From Escherichia phage D5505: a DNA stretch of 64,000 nucleotides. Below, one piece after another: positions 45,344 through 56,977 of this stretch. Within the stretch, counting starts at the first letter, position 1. Every line of letters begins with the position of its first letter. The stretch lies in sequence record MK327929.1; one strand, written 5' to 3'. Position numbers and translations under genes: made by a program. Below the pieces are notes generated by a model, which saw only the letters and a list, made by a program, of their open reading frames with translations, had not been told where the DNA came from and did not search any database.

Positions 45344-45655
45344 TTACACCGCCATTTTTCCTTTCAAGACGCCGTGGGACTGATAATCTTTGAGAACGAA
45401 ATCTTTAGGCCTGAGTTTAAGAATGTATTCCAATTGTTCTTTAGTAGAAAGATAGCGGAATTTATAAGGCAATCCGCCTATTACCAGTTCACAAAGCTCT
45501 TTAGGTTCACGACGCAAAATTTCTTTACATTGTTCTACGTGATTCATATAGATATGAGTATTACCACCGGAAAATATCAAATATCCCGGAATAAGATTAC
45601 ACATCTTAGCTACAATATGAACTAACGTAGCATATGATGCAATATTAAATGGAAG
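45344..45655 (-). CDS. td: thymidylate synthase, exon 2
   Basis: Encodes LPFNIASYATLVHIVAKMC...; joins exon 1 to give 286 aa; intron terminal AUG is the apparent M of the track ORF. Confidence 0.88.
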   Translation of the reverse strand, partial: LPFNIASYATLVHIVAKMCNLIPGYLIFSGGNTHIYMNHVEQCKEILRREPKELCELVIGGLPYKFRYLSTKEQLEYILKLRPKDFVLKDYQSHGVLKGKMAV

Positions 45656-46671
45656 CATTATGTTCAGATAAGGTCGTTAATCTTACCCCGGAATTATATC
45701 CAGCTGCATGTCACCATGCAGATCAGACTATATCTCCAACTTGTTAAAGCAAGTTGTCTATCGTTTCGAGTCACTTGACCCTACTCCCCAAAGGGATAGT
45801 CGTTAGGCATTTATGTAGAACCAATTCCATTTATCAGATTTTACACGATAAGTAACTAATCCAGACGAAATTTTAAAATGTCTAGCTGCATCTGCTGCAC
45901 AATCAAAAATAACCCCATCACATGAAATCTTTTTAATATTACTAGGCTTTTTACCTTTCATCTTTTCTGATATTTTAGATTTAGTTATGTCTGAATGCTT
46001 ATGATTAAAGAATGAATTATTTTCACCTGAACGATTTCTGCATTTACTACAAGTATAAGCAGAAGTTTGTATGCGAACACCGCACTTACAAAACTTATGG
46101 GTTTCTGGATTCCAACGCCCGTTTTTACTTCCGGGTTTACTGTAAAGAGCTTTCCGACCATCAGGTCCAAGTTTAAGCATCTTAGCTTTAACAGTTTCAG
46201 AACGTTTCTTAATAATTTCTTCTTTTAATGGATGCGTAGAACATGTATCACCAAACGTTGCGTCAGCAATATTGTATCCATTAATTTTAGAATTAAGCTC
46301 TTTAATCCAAAAATTTTCTCGTTCAATAATCAAATCTTTCTCATATGGAATTTCTTCCAAAATAGAACATTCAAACACATTACCATGTTTGTTAAAAGAC
46401 CTCTGAAGCTTTATAGAAGAATGGCATCCTTTTTCTAAATCTTTAAAATGCCTCTTCCATCTCTTTTCAAAATCTTTAGCACTTCCTACATATACTTTAT
46501 TGTTTAAAGTATTTTTAATCTGATAAATTCCGCTTTTCATAAATACCTCTTTAAATATAGAAGTATTTATTAAAGGGCAGTCCTACAATTTAGCACGGGA
46601 TTGTCTACTAGAGAGGTTCCCCGTTTAGATAGATTACAAGTATAAGTCACCTTATACTCAGGCCTCAATTA
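45656..46671 (-). mobile_element. td group I self-splicing intron (1016 nt) carrying I-TevI
   Basis: Intron 5' end TAATTGAGGCCTGAGTATAAGGTGACTTATAC... matches my recollection of the T4 td intron; in-frame TAA right after exon 1; length 1016 nt. Confidence 0.88.
45803..46540 (-). CDS. I-TevI: GIY-YIG homing endonuclease I-TevI
   Basis: 245-aa intron ORF; N-terminal GIYQIKNTLNNKVYVGSA...; Zn-finger/HTH C-terminal region. Confidence 0.92.
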   Translation of the reverse strand: MKSGIYQIKNTLNNKVYVGSAKDFEKRWKRHFKDLEKGCHSSIKLQRSFNKHGNVFECSILEEIPYEKDLIIERENFWIKELNSKINGYNIADATFGDTCSTHPLKEEIIKKRSETVKAKMLKLGPDGRKALYSKPGSKNGRWNPETHKFCKCGVRIQTSAYTCSKCRNRSGENNSFFNHKHSDITKSKISEKMKGKKPSNIKKISCDGVIFDCAADAARHFKISSGLVTYRVKSDKWNWFYINA

Positions 46672-47219
46672 ACCCAAGAAAACATCTACTGATCGTTGAT
46701 ACCACTGCAAATCCAAATAGCCATTACGCACATTAAACTGATAGAACATATGACAAGGCGGTAATGCCATCTGCTTGAGTTCAGCTGGATTCCATGCTGA
46801 AACAATTTGACGCCTATCATTTGGCAGTTTTTTAATACGATCAATAACTTCTATAATTTGGTCTACACCACCAAAATCACGCCACTGTTTTCCATAAATT
46901 GGACCAAGTTCACCGCTATGGTATCCTAAATCTTTTGCTTGATTTTCGTAATTTTCATCCCAAACTGTTTTGCCTTGGATTAACGAATCATGTTGAATTA
47001 ATCGCAAATCATTGACATTTGTGCTTCCCGATAAAAACCAAAGCAGCTCAGCAATGCAAGCTTTCCAGGCGAGCTTCTTAGTTGTTACTGCAGGAAAACC
47101 TTTAGTTAAATCCCAGCGTAATTTAGTACCGAACAAAGCAATTGTTCCTGTGCCTGTTCGGTCATCGGTTTCGTAGCCATTTTCCAGGATATCTTTAATT
47201 AAAAATTGGTATTGTTTCA

Positions 47220-47220
<1 letters not shown>
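46672..47220 (-). CDS. td: thymidylate synthase, exon 1
   Basis: ATG at 47220 (MKQYQ...) through ...QWYQRSVDVFLG; contains PPCHMFYQF active site. Confidence 0.88.
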
Positions 47221-48249
<1,029 letters not shown>

Positions 48250-48260
48250 ATTATCTCCTA

Positions 48261-48593
48261 TTAAAAAGGATCAGGAACATATCCGCTAGCTTTAATCATT
48301 TTAATTAACGTTAACATTCCTTTGTTAACTGCTCGTGAGATTTCATCAAAAACTTCATCACTAAAAAGTTCTAACACGCCCTTCTGAACTTTTAATTTAC
48401 AGCCAACAATTTCGTCATCTCCTATAGTAAATTCGCTTCCGCCAATTCCGCCGAAAAACTTAATTACGCCAGTTAACTGTCTTCCACGAGAATATGGGTC
48501 GTGTGATAAAGTAATATGAGTCACCCCAGGTACAGTTTTAAATTGGCAGCGGATGTTTACTTGAGCAATTCCAGTTACATGAATGTCAGACAT
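48261..48593 (-). CDS. hypothetical protein (frd.x)
   Basis: 110-aa ORF. Confidence 0.5.
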   Translation of the reverse strand: MSDIHVTGIAQVNIRCQFKTVPGVTHITLSHDPYSRGRQLTGVIKFFGGIGGSEFTIGDDEIVGCKLKVQKGVLELFSDEVFDEISRAVNKGMLTLIKMIKASGYVPDPF

Positions 48594-48603
48594 ATTATTT
48601 TCC

Positions 48604-48846
48604 TCAAACAGACTTTTTCACAATTTTCCAATCAGCTTTAAACTGATCAACATCAGAATGATAAATCCAGAATCCTGCGCTTTCTCCGTCTTCATAAAGA
48701 GGACATCCATCGCATTCATCTTCCCACCCCATATCGCGTAAAAGATGTTCAGCTTTTTCAACAAGCCCAGAATCTTTACCGATGATATTAAAATACCATT
48801 TACCTTTAACTTCTGAATCTTTGATGCTCTGGCGTTGTAATCTCAT
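48604..48846 (-). CDS. hypothetical protein (frd.x)
   Basis: 80-aa ORF. Confidence 0.5.
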   Translation of the reverse strand: MRLQRQSIKDSEVKGKWYFNIIGKDSGLVEKAEHLLRDMGWEDECDGCPLYEDGESAGFWIYHSDVDQFKADWKIVKKSV

Positions 48847-48856
48847 TTTATTCTCC

Positions 48857-48925
48857 TTAGCAAGCTTTAATCAAAAGATATAAACAGACCAACATAACTG
48901 CTGCCATAATATAAGGTGCGAACAT
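48857..48925 (-). CDS. possible 22-aa hydrophobic peptide (MFAPYIMAAVMLVCLYLLIKAC)
   Basis: Hand-found; ATG 7 nt after GGAG SD, downstream of an early promoter/stem-loop; single TM-like helix. Confidence 0.35.
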   Translation of the reverse strand: MFAPYIMAAVMLVCLYLLIKAC

Positions 48926-48949
48926 TTTCTTTTCTCCATTAGTTTTGAT

Positions 48950-48985
48950 AGGGTAATAGTATCACACTACTACCCTTCTGTAAAC
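48950..48985 (-). promoter_or_regulatory. early promoter with embedded stem-loop (GTTTAC ... AGGGTA-loop TACTAT-TACCCT)
   Basis: Third member of the GTTTAC + hairpin family. Confidence 0.55.
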
Positions 48986-49350
48986 TACTTTTTGAAAGTT
49001 TTTCGCAAAAGTTCAATGATTTCATCTACATTGTTTTCGTCAACAATGCAGTGAATTTTTGTTACGCCAGAAACTTTGTCTTTGACTTCATCTTCTTCAG
49101 AAGTCGGTTCTTTATACTCACGAAAACAATGAAATTCGTCTTCACAAACGTTAAAGTAAAAATGCTTTCCATTTGCGCATTCAATGTGTTTTATTACTCT
49201 AAATCCATCAACAAAGAAAGCTTCTTTAACTTCAAACCATCCGCCATTTTCTTGAATAATTTTAACTATCGATGAATTAGAACGTGGGCGATAATTAATA
49301 AATGTATCAATAAGTCTTGGAACAAGCTCATACTTTTTGCCAATATACAT
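48985..49350 (-). CDS. hypothetical protein
   Basis: 121-aa ORF. Confidence 0.5.
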   Translation of the reverse strand: MYIGKKYELVPRLIDTFINYRPRSNSSIVKIIQENGGWFEVKEAFFVDGFRVIKHIECANGKHFYFNVCEDEFHCFREYKEPTSEEDEVKDKVSGVTKIHCIVDENNVDEIIELLRKTFKK

Positions 49351-49395
49351 TACGTTTTCCTCATTTTAACGGGGCTTGTAATAGCCCCTTGATAA

Positions 49396-49626
49396 TTATT
49401 GTTCAATCAATCCCATGTAAAATTCTGCGTCTTCAGAATCCATACCATCACAATATTCATTAGCCATAAAGCGGGTGAGGTCTTCAAGAGGACCTTCAAT
49501 GACAATAGAAAAATTGCAATAATTGGGATCATCGTGAATACTTGTGATACTAAGTTCAGGATAACGATTACGAATAATTTCTTCAATATATTCAAAATCA
49601 ACGATGTCAATATCAACTTTAGCCAT
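49396..49626 (-). CDS. hypothetical acidic protein
   Basis: Track ORF extends to 49689; ATG at 49626 follows AGAGGA SD ([11 protein letters not shown]...). Confidence 0.5.
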   Translation of the reverse strand: MAKVDIDIVDFEYIEEIIRNRYPELSITSIHDDPNYCNFSIVIEGPLEDLTRFMANEYCDGMDSEDAEFYMGLIEQ

Positions 49627-49729
49627 ATTATTTTCCTCTTTAATTATCAGCAGTATTGCCGATAGTTGTATAGTACCATGGAAGGACAAGGATGTAAACA
49701 GTTTTGTGAAAAAATTTTTGAAATAAAAA

Positions 49730-49747
49730 GGGGACCTCTAGGGTCCC
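49730..49747 (-). terminator. rho-independent terminator downstream of gene 32
   Basis: GGGGACC-CTAG-AGGTCCCC hairpin followed on minus strand by TTTTTATTT. Confidence 0.7.
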
Positions 49748-49770
49748 CAATTAATTAGTAATATAATCTG

Positions 49771-50679
49771 TTAAAGGTCATTCAAAAGGTCATCTAGATC
49801 CGTGTCATCAGCACTAGATGAACTGCCAGAGCTTGAGCTCATAAAATCATCTTCAGTTTTTGTTTTGAAGTCATCAACATTGAATGCATCCAAATCATCA
49901 GCAACTTTATCAGCTTTCTTAGCGGCAGTTGCAGCGGCACCACCCATTGCAGCAGTTCCCATAACTTGACTGAACTTAGTGCTCAGTTCTTCAAATGATT
50001 TGAATTTATCTTTAGAAGTCATTTCAGAAAGGTCAACCATTTGTTCGAACAGTTCTTTCTGGAAAGATTCATCGTCAATGTTTGGAATCGCAGATTGATT
50101 CAGGAATTTAGATTCGTCGTAGTTACTAAAACCAGAAACTTGTTTAACTTTCAGTACAAAGTTAGCACCTTCCCACGGACAAGTTACATCAACCGGAGTT
50201 TCACCCATTTCAACATCAACTGCAATCATTGCATTGATTTTATCCCAGATTTTCTTACCGAAACGATATTTAAATACTTTACCTTCGTTTTCTGGAGCAG
50301 CTGGGTCTTTTACAACAAGAATGTTAGCCCAGTAAGAAGTTTTACGTTTAACAAGACTGTACTCTTTATTGTCAGTGTTGTACAGATCATTTTTACTGAT
50401 GTACTGACATACTGGGCAAGAATCGTAATCACCGTGGGTAGATGAGCAATTTTCGATATACCATTTACCGTTTTTCTTGAAACCGTGATTTACAAGAATT
50501 GCGAATGGTGCTTGTTCATCATTTTTAGACGGAAGAAAACGAATTACTGCTTGACCGTTACCCGCATTATCGAGTTTCAGTTTCCACTCGCCTTTATCTT
50601 CAGAAGAAAAACCACCTTTATTTCCAGCCAGTTTAGCCATTTGTGCAGCGAGTTCAGCAGTAGATTTACGTTTAAACAT
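49771..50679 (-). CDS. 32: single-stranded DNA-binding protein gp32
   Basis: 302-aa [16 protein letters not shown]...; T4 gp32 ~301 aa. Confidence 0.93.
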   Translation of the reverse strand: MFKRKSTAELAAQMAKLAGNKGGFSSEDKGEWKLKLDNAGNGQAVIRFLPSKNDEQAPFAILVNHGFKKNGKWYIENCSSTHGDYDSCPVCQYISKNDLYNTDNKEYSLVKRKTSYWANILVVKDPAAPENEGKVFKYRFGKKIWDKINAMIAVDVEMGETPVDVTCPWEGANFVLKVKQVSGFSNYDESKFLNQSAIPNIDDESFQKELFEQMVDLSEMTSKDKFKSFEELSTKFSQVMGTAAMGGAAATAAKKADKVADDLDAFNVDDFKTKTEDDFMSSSSGSSSSADDTDLDDLLNDL

Positions 50680-50760
50680 TTTTATTTCCTTTTTAATTTA
50701 ATTAACAGTTGGTGCTATGACGATGTATGACCTCATAGCTGGTCAGTGAGATAATTATAA
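50680..50760 (-). promoter_or_regulatory. gene 32 translational operator (autoregulatory leader: pseudoknot region + UUAAAUUAAAAAGGAAAUAAAAAUG)
   Basis: Leader AATTAAATTAAAAAGGAAATAAAAATG directly upstream of gene 32 ATG matches the known gp32-binding A/U-rich site. Confidence 0.6.
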
Positions 50761-50778
50761 TCTATTTATAATAAGCAA

Positions 50779-51432
50779 TTAATACTTGCAAGATTTCACA
50801 GTTTCAATGAAAACATTTTTAGCTTTCTGTGAATCAATATTTAAAATTTTTCTATAAGCTTTTAACTTTATAGAATAATTGTTCCAAACTAAATTATCAG
50901 TCTGTTCATCATGTTTATCGATTATATTTAAAAACGAATCAAGCAAGATAAACGTCTCAAACGAAATTATATTCGATTGAAGTAGTTTAAAAATATAACT
51001 CGACTGAACTTTTGGATTATACTCAAAGATTTCTTTAAAAGCAGAAACTTCAACTTTTTTACTAAAATAATAGATATTCCTAATATCTTCTTCAAACTTA
51101 AATTTAATTTGCTTTAAGCGTCCGATATATTCACGATAAAATACTAATGCATCAGCGTCAGAGATATCACCAATCCAAGCATCTTGGTTAGCTACAAGAT
51201 TGCTAATAAAAATTAAAGTTAATTCTTTTAATTTATACTTTTCTGATAGCTTTTGGAAAAAATACTTATCCCTTCGCTTTTGATAAGCGGCATCAGACAC
51301 CCGCATGCACCAATTATACTTAATAACATCATACTTTCCATTCATATGTTGTTTTATCATTAAGTATAATTTATAAACTGATTTACCATCAATGTATCTT
51401 TCACCATCAGCAGGCATGCGGAGTTTAATCAT
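50779..51432 (-). CDS. 59: helicase loader gp59
   Basis: 217-aa ORF = T4 gp59 length; between 32 and 33. Confidence 0.85.
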   Translation of the reverse strand: MIKLRMPADGERYIDGKSVYKLYLMIKQHMNGKYDVIKYNWCMRVSDAAYQKRRDKYFFQKLSEKYKLKELTLIFISNLVANQDAWIGDISDADALVFYREYIGRLKQIKFKFEEDIRNIYYFSKKVEVSAFKEIFEYNPKVQSSYIFKLLQSNIISFETFILLDSFLNIIDKHDEQTDNLVWNNYSIKLKAYRKILNIDSQKAKNVFIETVKSCKY

Positions 51433-51767
51433 AGTAGAAAATCTAATGTATTAGTTTTTTCACAACGAACAACAGAAGGACGTAAAAGATTTTCGTCAAT
51501 GGCTTCTGACTGAATTTTTTCAATTATACCCGAAGGAATAAATTTAGCAAATTGAGTTTCAGGAATAGAGTTTTCTTCCAAAAATGCTGTTGTAGCTTCA
51601 AGATAACTCATTCCAAATTCTTCTACCATTTTTTCAATAATAAATCCATTTTCTTGACGATCAAGAAGCTTTGCTATTTCATCCTTTTCTTTCTTGATTG
51701 AAAGTTCTTTTTCTGAAAGACCGGTCTCATCGACCGGACGAATATCATTTAGAGAAAACTGTGTCAT
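51429..51767 (-). CDS. 33: late transcription co-activator gp33
   Basis: ATG at 51767 gives 112 aa (MTQFSLNDIRP...) = T4 gp33 length. Confidence 0.8.
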   Translation of the reverse strand: MTQFSLNDIRPVDETGLSEKELSIKKEKDEIAKLLDRQENGFIIEKMVEEFGMSYLEATTAFLEENSIPETQFAKFIPSGIIEKIQSEAIDENLLRPSVVRCEKTNTLDFLL

Positions 51768-52014
51768 AAAGTTCAACTACCTCTTCAGTTTCAGCTTCAA
51801 ACACATCACGGTTATCTTTATGATACAAAGCTAATAGACGATTAAACATCTTACCATCAACGCCAAGTTCATCTTTGGCACGAATTCGAATATCTTTAAT
51901 CAGTTCATTATAACCGGAAATTTTCAGTTTATGATCAGATGCTTCTTTAATAAATTTAGCCAAGTCTTCGCCATGGATAGCTTCATCAAATTCAACCATT
52001 TCTTTTTTAGCCAT
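51745..52014 (-). CDS. dsbA: dsDNA-binding protein DsbA
   Basis: 89-aa ORF; position between rnh and 33 as in T4. Confidence 0.7.
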   Translation of the reverse strand: MAKKEMVEFDEAIHGEDLAKFIKEASDHKLKISGYNELIKDIRIRAKDELGVDGKMFNRLLALYHKDNRDVFEAETEEVVELYDTVFSK

Positions 52015-52022
52015 TATTCACC

Positions 52023-52940
52023 TCAAAATTCATTAATGCTATTAGTTAATTTAGAAAGACCCGCTTTTACAAAATATGAATAAATTTTGCCACGCGGTGG
52101 TAATTTATATGAATTATAGTAATTCACAATGTTTGAAGCAATATTATCAGGAATATAATCAAAATCAATTAGAACTAAATTTTCTTTATAACGATTATAT
52201 TCAGATTCTGTGAGAAGCACCTTAGCTTGCTCACGGTCATTAGCAATAGCTTCAACGATTGAAGTTTTCATTGAAGGAGTTCGTTCACCTTCAACTCTGG
52301 TAAACCAAAAGTCAGAACGTACTTTAACTGAAGCAACATTATCCTTTTTGTCACCCTTAAGAATTTTAGTCATACAATCAATTTCAGCAGAACCGCTTTT
52401 AATTTTAACCCATTTCTTATGCATCGGTGACCATTGCTTAACATTTGGATATTTGTGAAGCTGTGTAAAGTCACCATCCGATGAAATGATTAAAATCTTA
52501 TGTCCTTCTAAAGAGAACTTTTTAACAAGAACAGCAATGTGGTCATCTGCTTCATACTTATCAATATCCATAACAATGTATGGCATATAAGCTTTCAATT
52601 CATCTATAACTTTATGGCTGGATTCAAAATAACCTTCCCAGTCCCAAGTAGATTCTTCTCGTGCTTTTCCACGGTTTTTCTTATAATAATAAGCGAAATC
52701 ACGACGCCAGTATCCAGATTTCGCGTTATCAATACACAGTACAATTTTAGTGTATCCAAGCGTTTTTGCTTTTTTGACATTAAACTTAATTGAGTTCAAT
52801 ATCAAATGACGAACCATTGATAAATTAATTTTTTCTTTATCTGGGAAGTTTACCAGAGCAGTTGAAAGAGCAATTTGACTAAAGTCAATAAAGCAAATTC
52901 CTTCTTTGTAATCTTCATCCAGCATCATTTCTAAATCCAT
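52023..52940 (-). CDS. rnh: RNase H (5'-3' exonuclease / flap endonuclease)
   Basis: ATG at 52940 gives 305 aa (MDLEMMLDEDYKEGIC...) = T4 RNase H. Confidence 0.9.
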   Translation of the reverse strand: MDLEMMLDEDYKEGICFIDFSQIALSTALVNFPDKEKINLSMVRHLILNSIKFNVKKAKTLGYTKIVLCIDNAKSGYWRRDFAYYYKKNRGKAREESTWDWEGYFESSHKVIDELKAYMPYIVMDIDKYEADDHIAVLVKKFSLEGHKILIISSDGDFTQLHKYPNVKQWSPMHKKWVKIKSGSAEIDCMTKILKGDKKDNVASVKVRSDFWFTRVEGERTPSMKTSIVEAIANDREQAKVLLTESEYNRYKENLVLIDFDYIPDNIASNIVNYYNSYKLPPRGKIYSYFVKAGLSKLTNSINEF

Positions 52941-53002
52941 ATGAACCTCGTTCAATTAGTGAGATTTCTATTATATACTATCTAAATCTTAAAGTAAACA
53001 GG

Positions 53003-53010
53003 TATAAATA
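53003..53010 (+). promoter_or_regulatory. late promoter TATAAATA (gene 34)
   Basis: Exact TATAAATA ~35 nt upstream of gene 34 ATG. Confidence 0.55.
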
Positions 53011-53044
53011 CTTATTATTGAAAACACAATAGGAGCCCGGGAGA

Positions 53045-56000
53045 ATGGCCGAGATTAAAAGAAAGTTCAGAGCAGAAGATGGTCTGGACGCAGGTGGCGA
53101 TAAAATAATCAACGTAGCTTTAGCTGACCGTACCGTAGGAACTGACGGTGTTAACGTTGATTACTTAATTCAAGAAAACACAGTTCAGCAATATGATCCA
53201 ACTCGTGGATATTTAAAAGATTTTGTAATCATTTATAATAATCGTTTTTGGGCAGCAACGGATAATATTCCAAAACCTGCTGGAAATTTTAATAGAATTC
53301 GTTGGAAAGCATTACGTACTGATGCCGTATATACAACCGTATCATCTGGACCATATCAATTAAAATCCGGAGAAGCAATTTCAGTAGATACATCAGTTGG
53401 CAATGACATTGAGTTTACTTTACCACCTTCTCCGCTTGATGGAGAAACCGTAATAATTCAAGATATCGGTGGAAAACCTGGCATAAATCAGGTTAAAATA
53501 AATTCTTCAAATCAGAGTATTGTCAATTTTAGAGGTGAACAGGTACGTTCAGTTTTAATGACTCATCCAAAGTCACAGATGATATTCATTTTTAATAATC
53601 GTTTGTGGCAAATGTATGTTGCTGATTATAGCAGAGAAGCTGCGATTGTTACTCCATCGACTGCGTATCAAGCACAATCTAATGATTTTATCGTACGTAG
53701 ATTTACTTCTGCTGCACCAATTAATGTTAAACTTCCGAGATTTGCTAATCATGGCGATATTATTAATTTCGTTGATTTAGATAAACTGAATCCACTTTAT
53801 CATACAATTGTTACTACATACGATGAAACGACTTCAGTACAAGAAGTTGGAACTCATTCCATTGAAGGCCGTACATCGATTGACGGTTTCTTGATGTTTG
53901 ACGATAATGAGAAATTGTGGAGATTGTTTGACGGGGATAGTAAAGCACGTTTACGCATTATAACAACTAATTCAAATATTCGTCCAAATGAAGAAGTCAT
54001 GGTATTTGGCGCGAATAATGGAACAACCCAAACAATTGAACTTCAGCTTCCGACTGATATTTCTGTTGGTGATACTGTTAAAATTTCCATGAATTACATG
54101 AGAAAAGGACAAACAGTTAAAATCAAAGCTGCTGGTGAAGATAAAATTGCTTCTTCAGTTCAATTGCTGCAATTCCCAAAACGTTCAGAATATCCGCCTG
54201 AAGCTGAATGGGTAACAGTTCAAGAATTAGTTTTTAACGGTGAAACTATTTATGTTCCAGTTTTACAACTTGCTTATATAGAAGATTCTGATGGAAAATA
54301 CTGGGTTGTACAGCAAAACGTTCCAACTGTAGAAAGAGTAGACTCTTTAAATGCTTCTACTAGAGCAAGATTAGGCGTAATTGCTTTAGCTACGCAAGCT
54401 CAAGCAAATGCTGATTTAGAAAATTCTCCACAAAAAGAATTGGCAATTACTCCAGAAACGTTAGCTAATCGTACTGCTACAGAAACTCGCAGAGGTATCG
54501 CAAGAATAGCAACTACTGCTCAAGTAAACTGCTACAGAAACTCGCAGAGGTATCGCAAGAATAGCAACTACTGCTCAAGTAAATCAGAACACTACATTCT
54601 CTTTTGCTGATGACCTTATCATCACTCCTAAAAAGCTGAATGAAAGAACTGCTACAGAAACTCGCAGAGGTGTTGCTGAAATTGCTACGCAGCAGGAAAC
54701 TAATACAGGTATCGATGATACTACAATCATCACTCCTAAAAAGCTTCAAGCTCGTCAAGGTTCTGAAACATTATCGGGTATTGTAACTTTTGTATCTACC
54801 GCAGGAGCTACTCCAGCCTCTAGTCGTGAATTAAATGGTACAAATGTTTATAATAAAAACACTAATAATTTAGTTGTTTCACCTAAAGCTTTGGATCAGT
54901 ATAAAGCTACTCCAACGCAACAAGGCGCAGTAATTTTAGCAGTTGAAAGTGAAGTAATTGCTGGACAAAGCCAAGAAGGATGGGCAAATGCGGTTGTAAC
55001 GCCAGAAACGTTACATAAAAAGACATCAACTGATGCAAGAATTGGTTTAATTGAAATTGCTACACAAAGTGAAGTTAATACAGGAACTGATTATACTCGT
55101 GCAGTCACTCCTAAAACTTTAAATGACCGTAGAGCAACTGAAAGTTTAAGTGGTATAGCTGAAATTGCTACACAGGTTGAATTCGACGCAGGCGTCGACG
55201 ATACTCGTATCTCTACACCATTAAAAATTAAAACCAGATTTAATAATACTGATCGTACTTCTGTTGTTGCTCTATCTGGATTAGTTGAATCAGGAACTCT
55301 CTGGGACCATTATACCCTTAATATTCTTGAAGCAAATGAGACACAGCGTGGTACACTTCGTGTAGCTACACAAGTTGAAGCTGCTGCAGGAACATTAGAT
55401 AATGTTTTAATAACTCCTAAAAAGCTTTTAGGTACTAAATCTACCGAATCGCAAGAAGGTGTTATTAAAGTTGCAACTCAGTCTGAAACTGTGACTGGAA
55501 CGTCAGCAAATACTGCTGTATCTCCAAAAAATTTAAAATGGATTGTGCAGAGTGAACCAACTTGGGCAGCAACTACTCTGATAAGAGGGTTTGTTAAAAC
55601 TTCTTCTGGTTCATTAACGTTTGTTGGTAATGATACGGTAGGTTCAACACAGCCATTAGAATCATATGAGAAAAATGGTTATGCAGTATCACCATATGAA
55701 TTAAATCGCGTATTAGCAAATTATTTGCCATTAAAAGCAAAAGCTGTAGATAGTAATTTATTAGATGGTCTAGATTCGCTCCAGTTCATTCGTAGGGACA
55801 TTGCACAAACAGTTAATGGTTCACTAACCTTAACCCAACAAACGAATCTGGGTGCCCCTCTTGTATCATCTAGTACTGCTACATTCGGTGGATCAGTTTC
55901 AGCAAATAGTACATTAACTATTTCTAATACTGGAACGGCAACTCGTCTGATTTTTGAGAAAGGACCTCAAACTGGAACAAACCCGGCTCAAACGATGACA

Positions 56001-56969
56001 GTCAGAGTGTGGGGAAATCAATTTAGCGGGGAATCAGACACAACACGTTCTACCGTATTTGAAGTTAGTGATGAAACGTCTAGTCATTTTTATTCTCAGC
56101 GTAATAAAGCTGGAAATATAACATTTAATATCAACGGTACAGTAACACCGATAAATGTTAATGCTTCAGGAACATTGAATGCAAATGGTGTAGCAACATT
56201 TGGTAATTCAGTCACTGCAACTGGTGAAATTATTTCTCGAAGCGCAAATGCTTTCCGTGCTATTAGCGGAAATTATGGTTTCATTGTTCGCAATGACGGG
56301 TCAGTAACGAATTTTATGCTTACTGCATCGGGTGATCAGACTGGCGGATTTAATGGATTGCGTCCTTTAGCTATTAATAATGCATCTGGCCAAGTAACGA
56401 TTGGTGAAAGCTTAATCATTGCCAAAGGTGCTACTATAAGTTCGGGTGGTTTGACTGTTAACTCGAGAATTCGTTCTCAGGGCACTAAAACATCTGATTT
56501 ATACACCCGCGCTCCAACATCTGATACTGTAGGATTCTGGTCAATTGATATTAACGATTCAGCCACTTATAACCAGTTCCCGGGTTATTTTAAAATGGTT
56601 GAAAAAACTAATGAAGTGACTGGGCTTCCATACTTAGAACGTGGCGAAGAAGTTAAATCTCCTGGTACATTGACTCAGTTTGGTAACACACTTGATTCGC
56701 TTTACCAAGATTGGATTACTTATCCAACGACCCCAGAAGCACGTACCACTCGCTGGACGCGTACATGGCAGAAAACTAAAAATTCTTGGTCAAGTTTTGT
56801 TCAGGTATTTGATGGAGGTAACCCTCCTCAACCTTCGGATATAGGAGCGATCCCATCTGATAATGGAATAATAGGTAATCTTACTATTCGTGATTTCTTA
56901 CGAATTGGTAATGTTCGCATTATTCCTGACCCAGTGAATAAAACTGTTAAATTTGAATGGGTTGAATAA
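53045..56969 (+). pseudogene. 34: long tail fibre proximal subunit gp34, reading frame interrupted by a 55-bp tandem duplication
   Basis: N-terminal ORF 53045-54610 and frame-shifted ORF 54528/54891-56969; removing one 55-bp copy yields 1289 codons, the T4 gp34 size. Confidence 0.85.
54473..54582 (+). repeat. perfect 55-bp direct tandem duplication (2 copies) inside gene 34
   Basis: 54473-54527 = 54528-54582 (ACTGCTACAGAAACTCGCAGAGGTATCGCAAGAATAGCAACTACTGCTCAAGTAA). Confidence 0.95.
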
Positions 56970-56977
56970 GAGGTATT

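Noticed and set aside
54473-54582. Gene 60-style translational bypass ('hop') across the 55-nt duplication in gene 34
   Set aside because: No stop codon at the take-off position, no matched take-off/landing codons with a hairpin, and the insert is an exact copy of adjacent coding sequence; a duplication mutation or assembly error is more parsimonious.
53045-56969. Recurring ETRRG / IATQ..E peptide motifs in gp34 as a nucleotide repeat array
   Set aside because: These are divergent protein-level repeats of the fibre shaft; apart from the one exact 55-bp duplication they are not identical at the DNA level and are not CRISPR-like.
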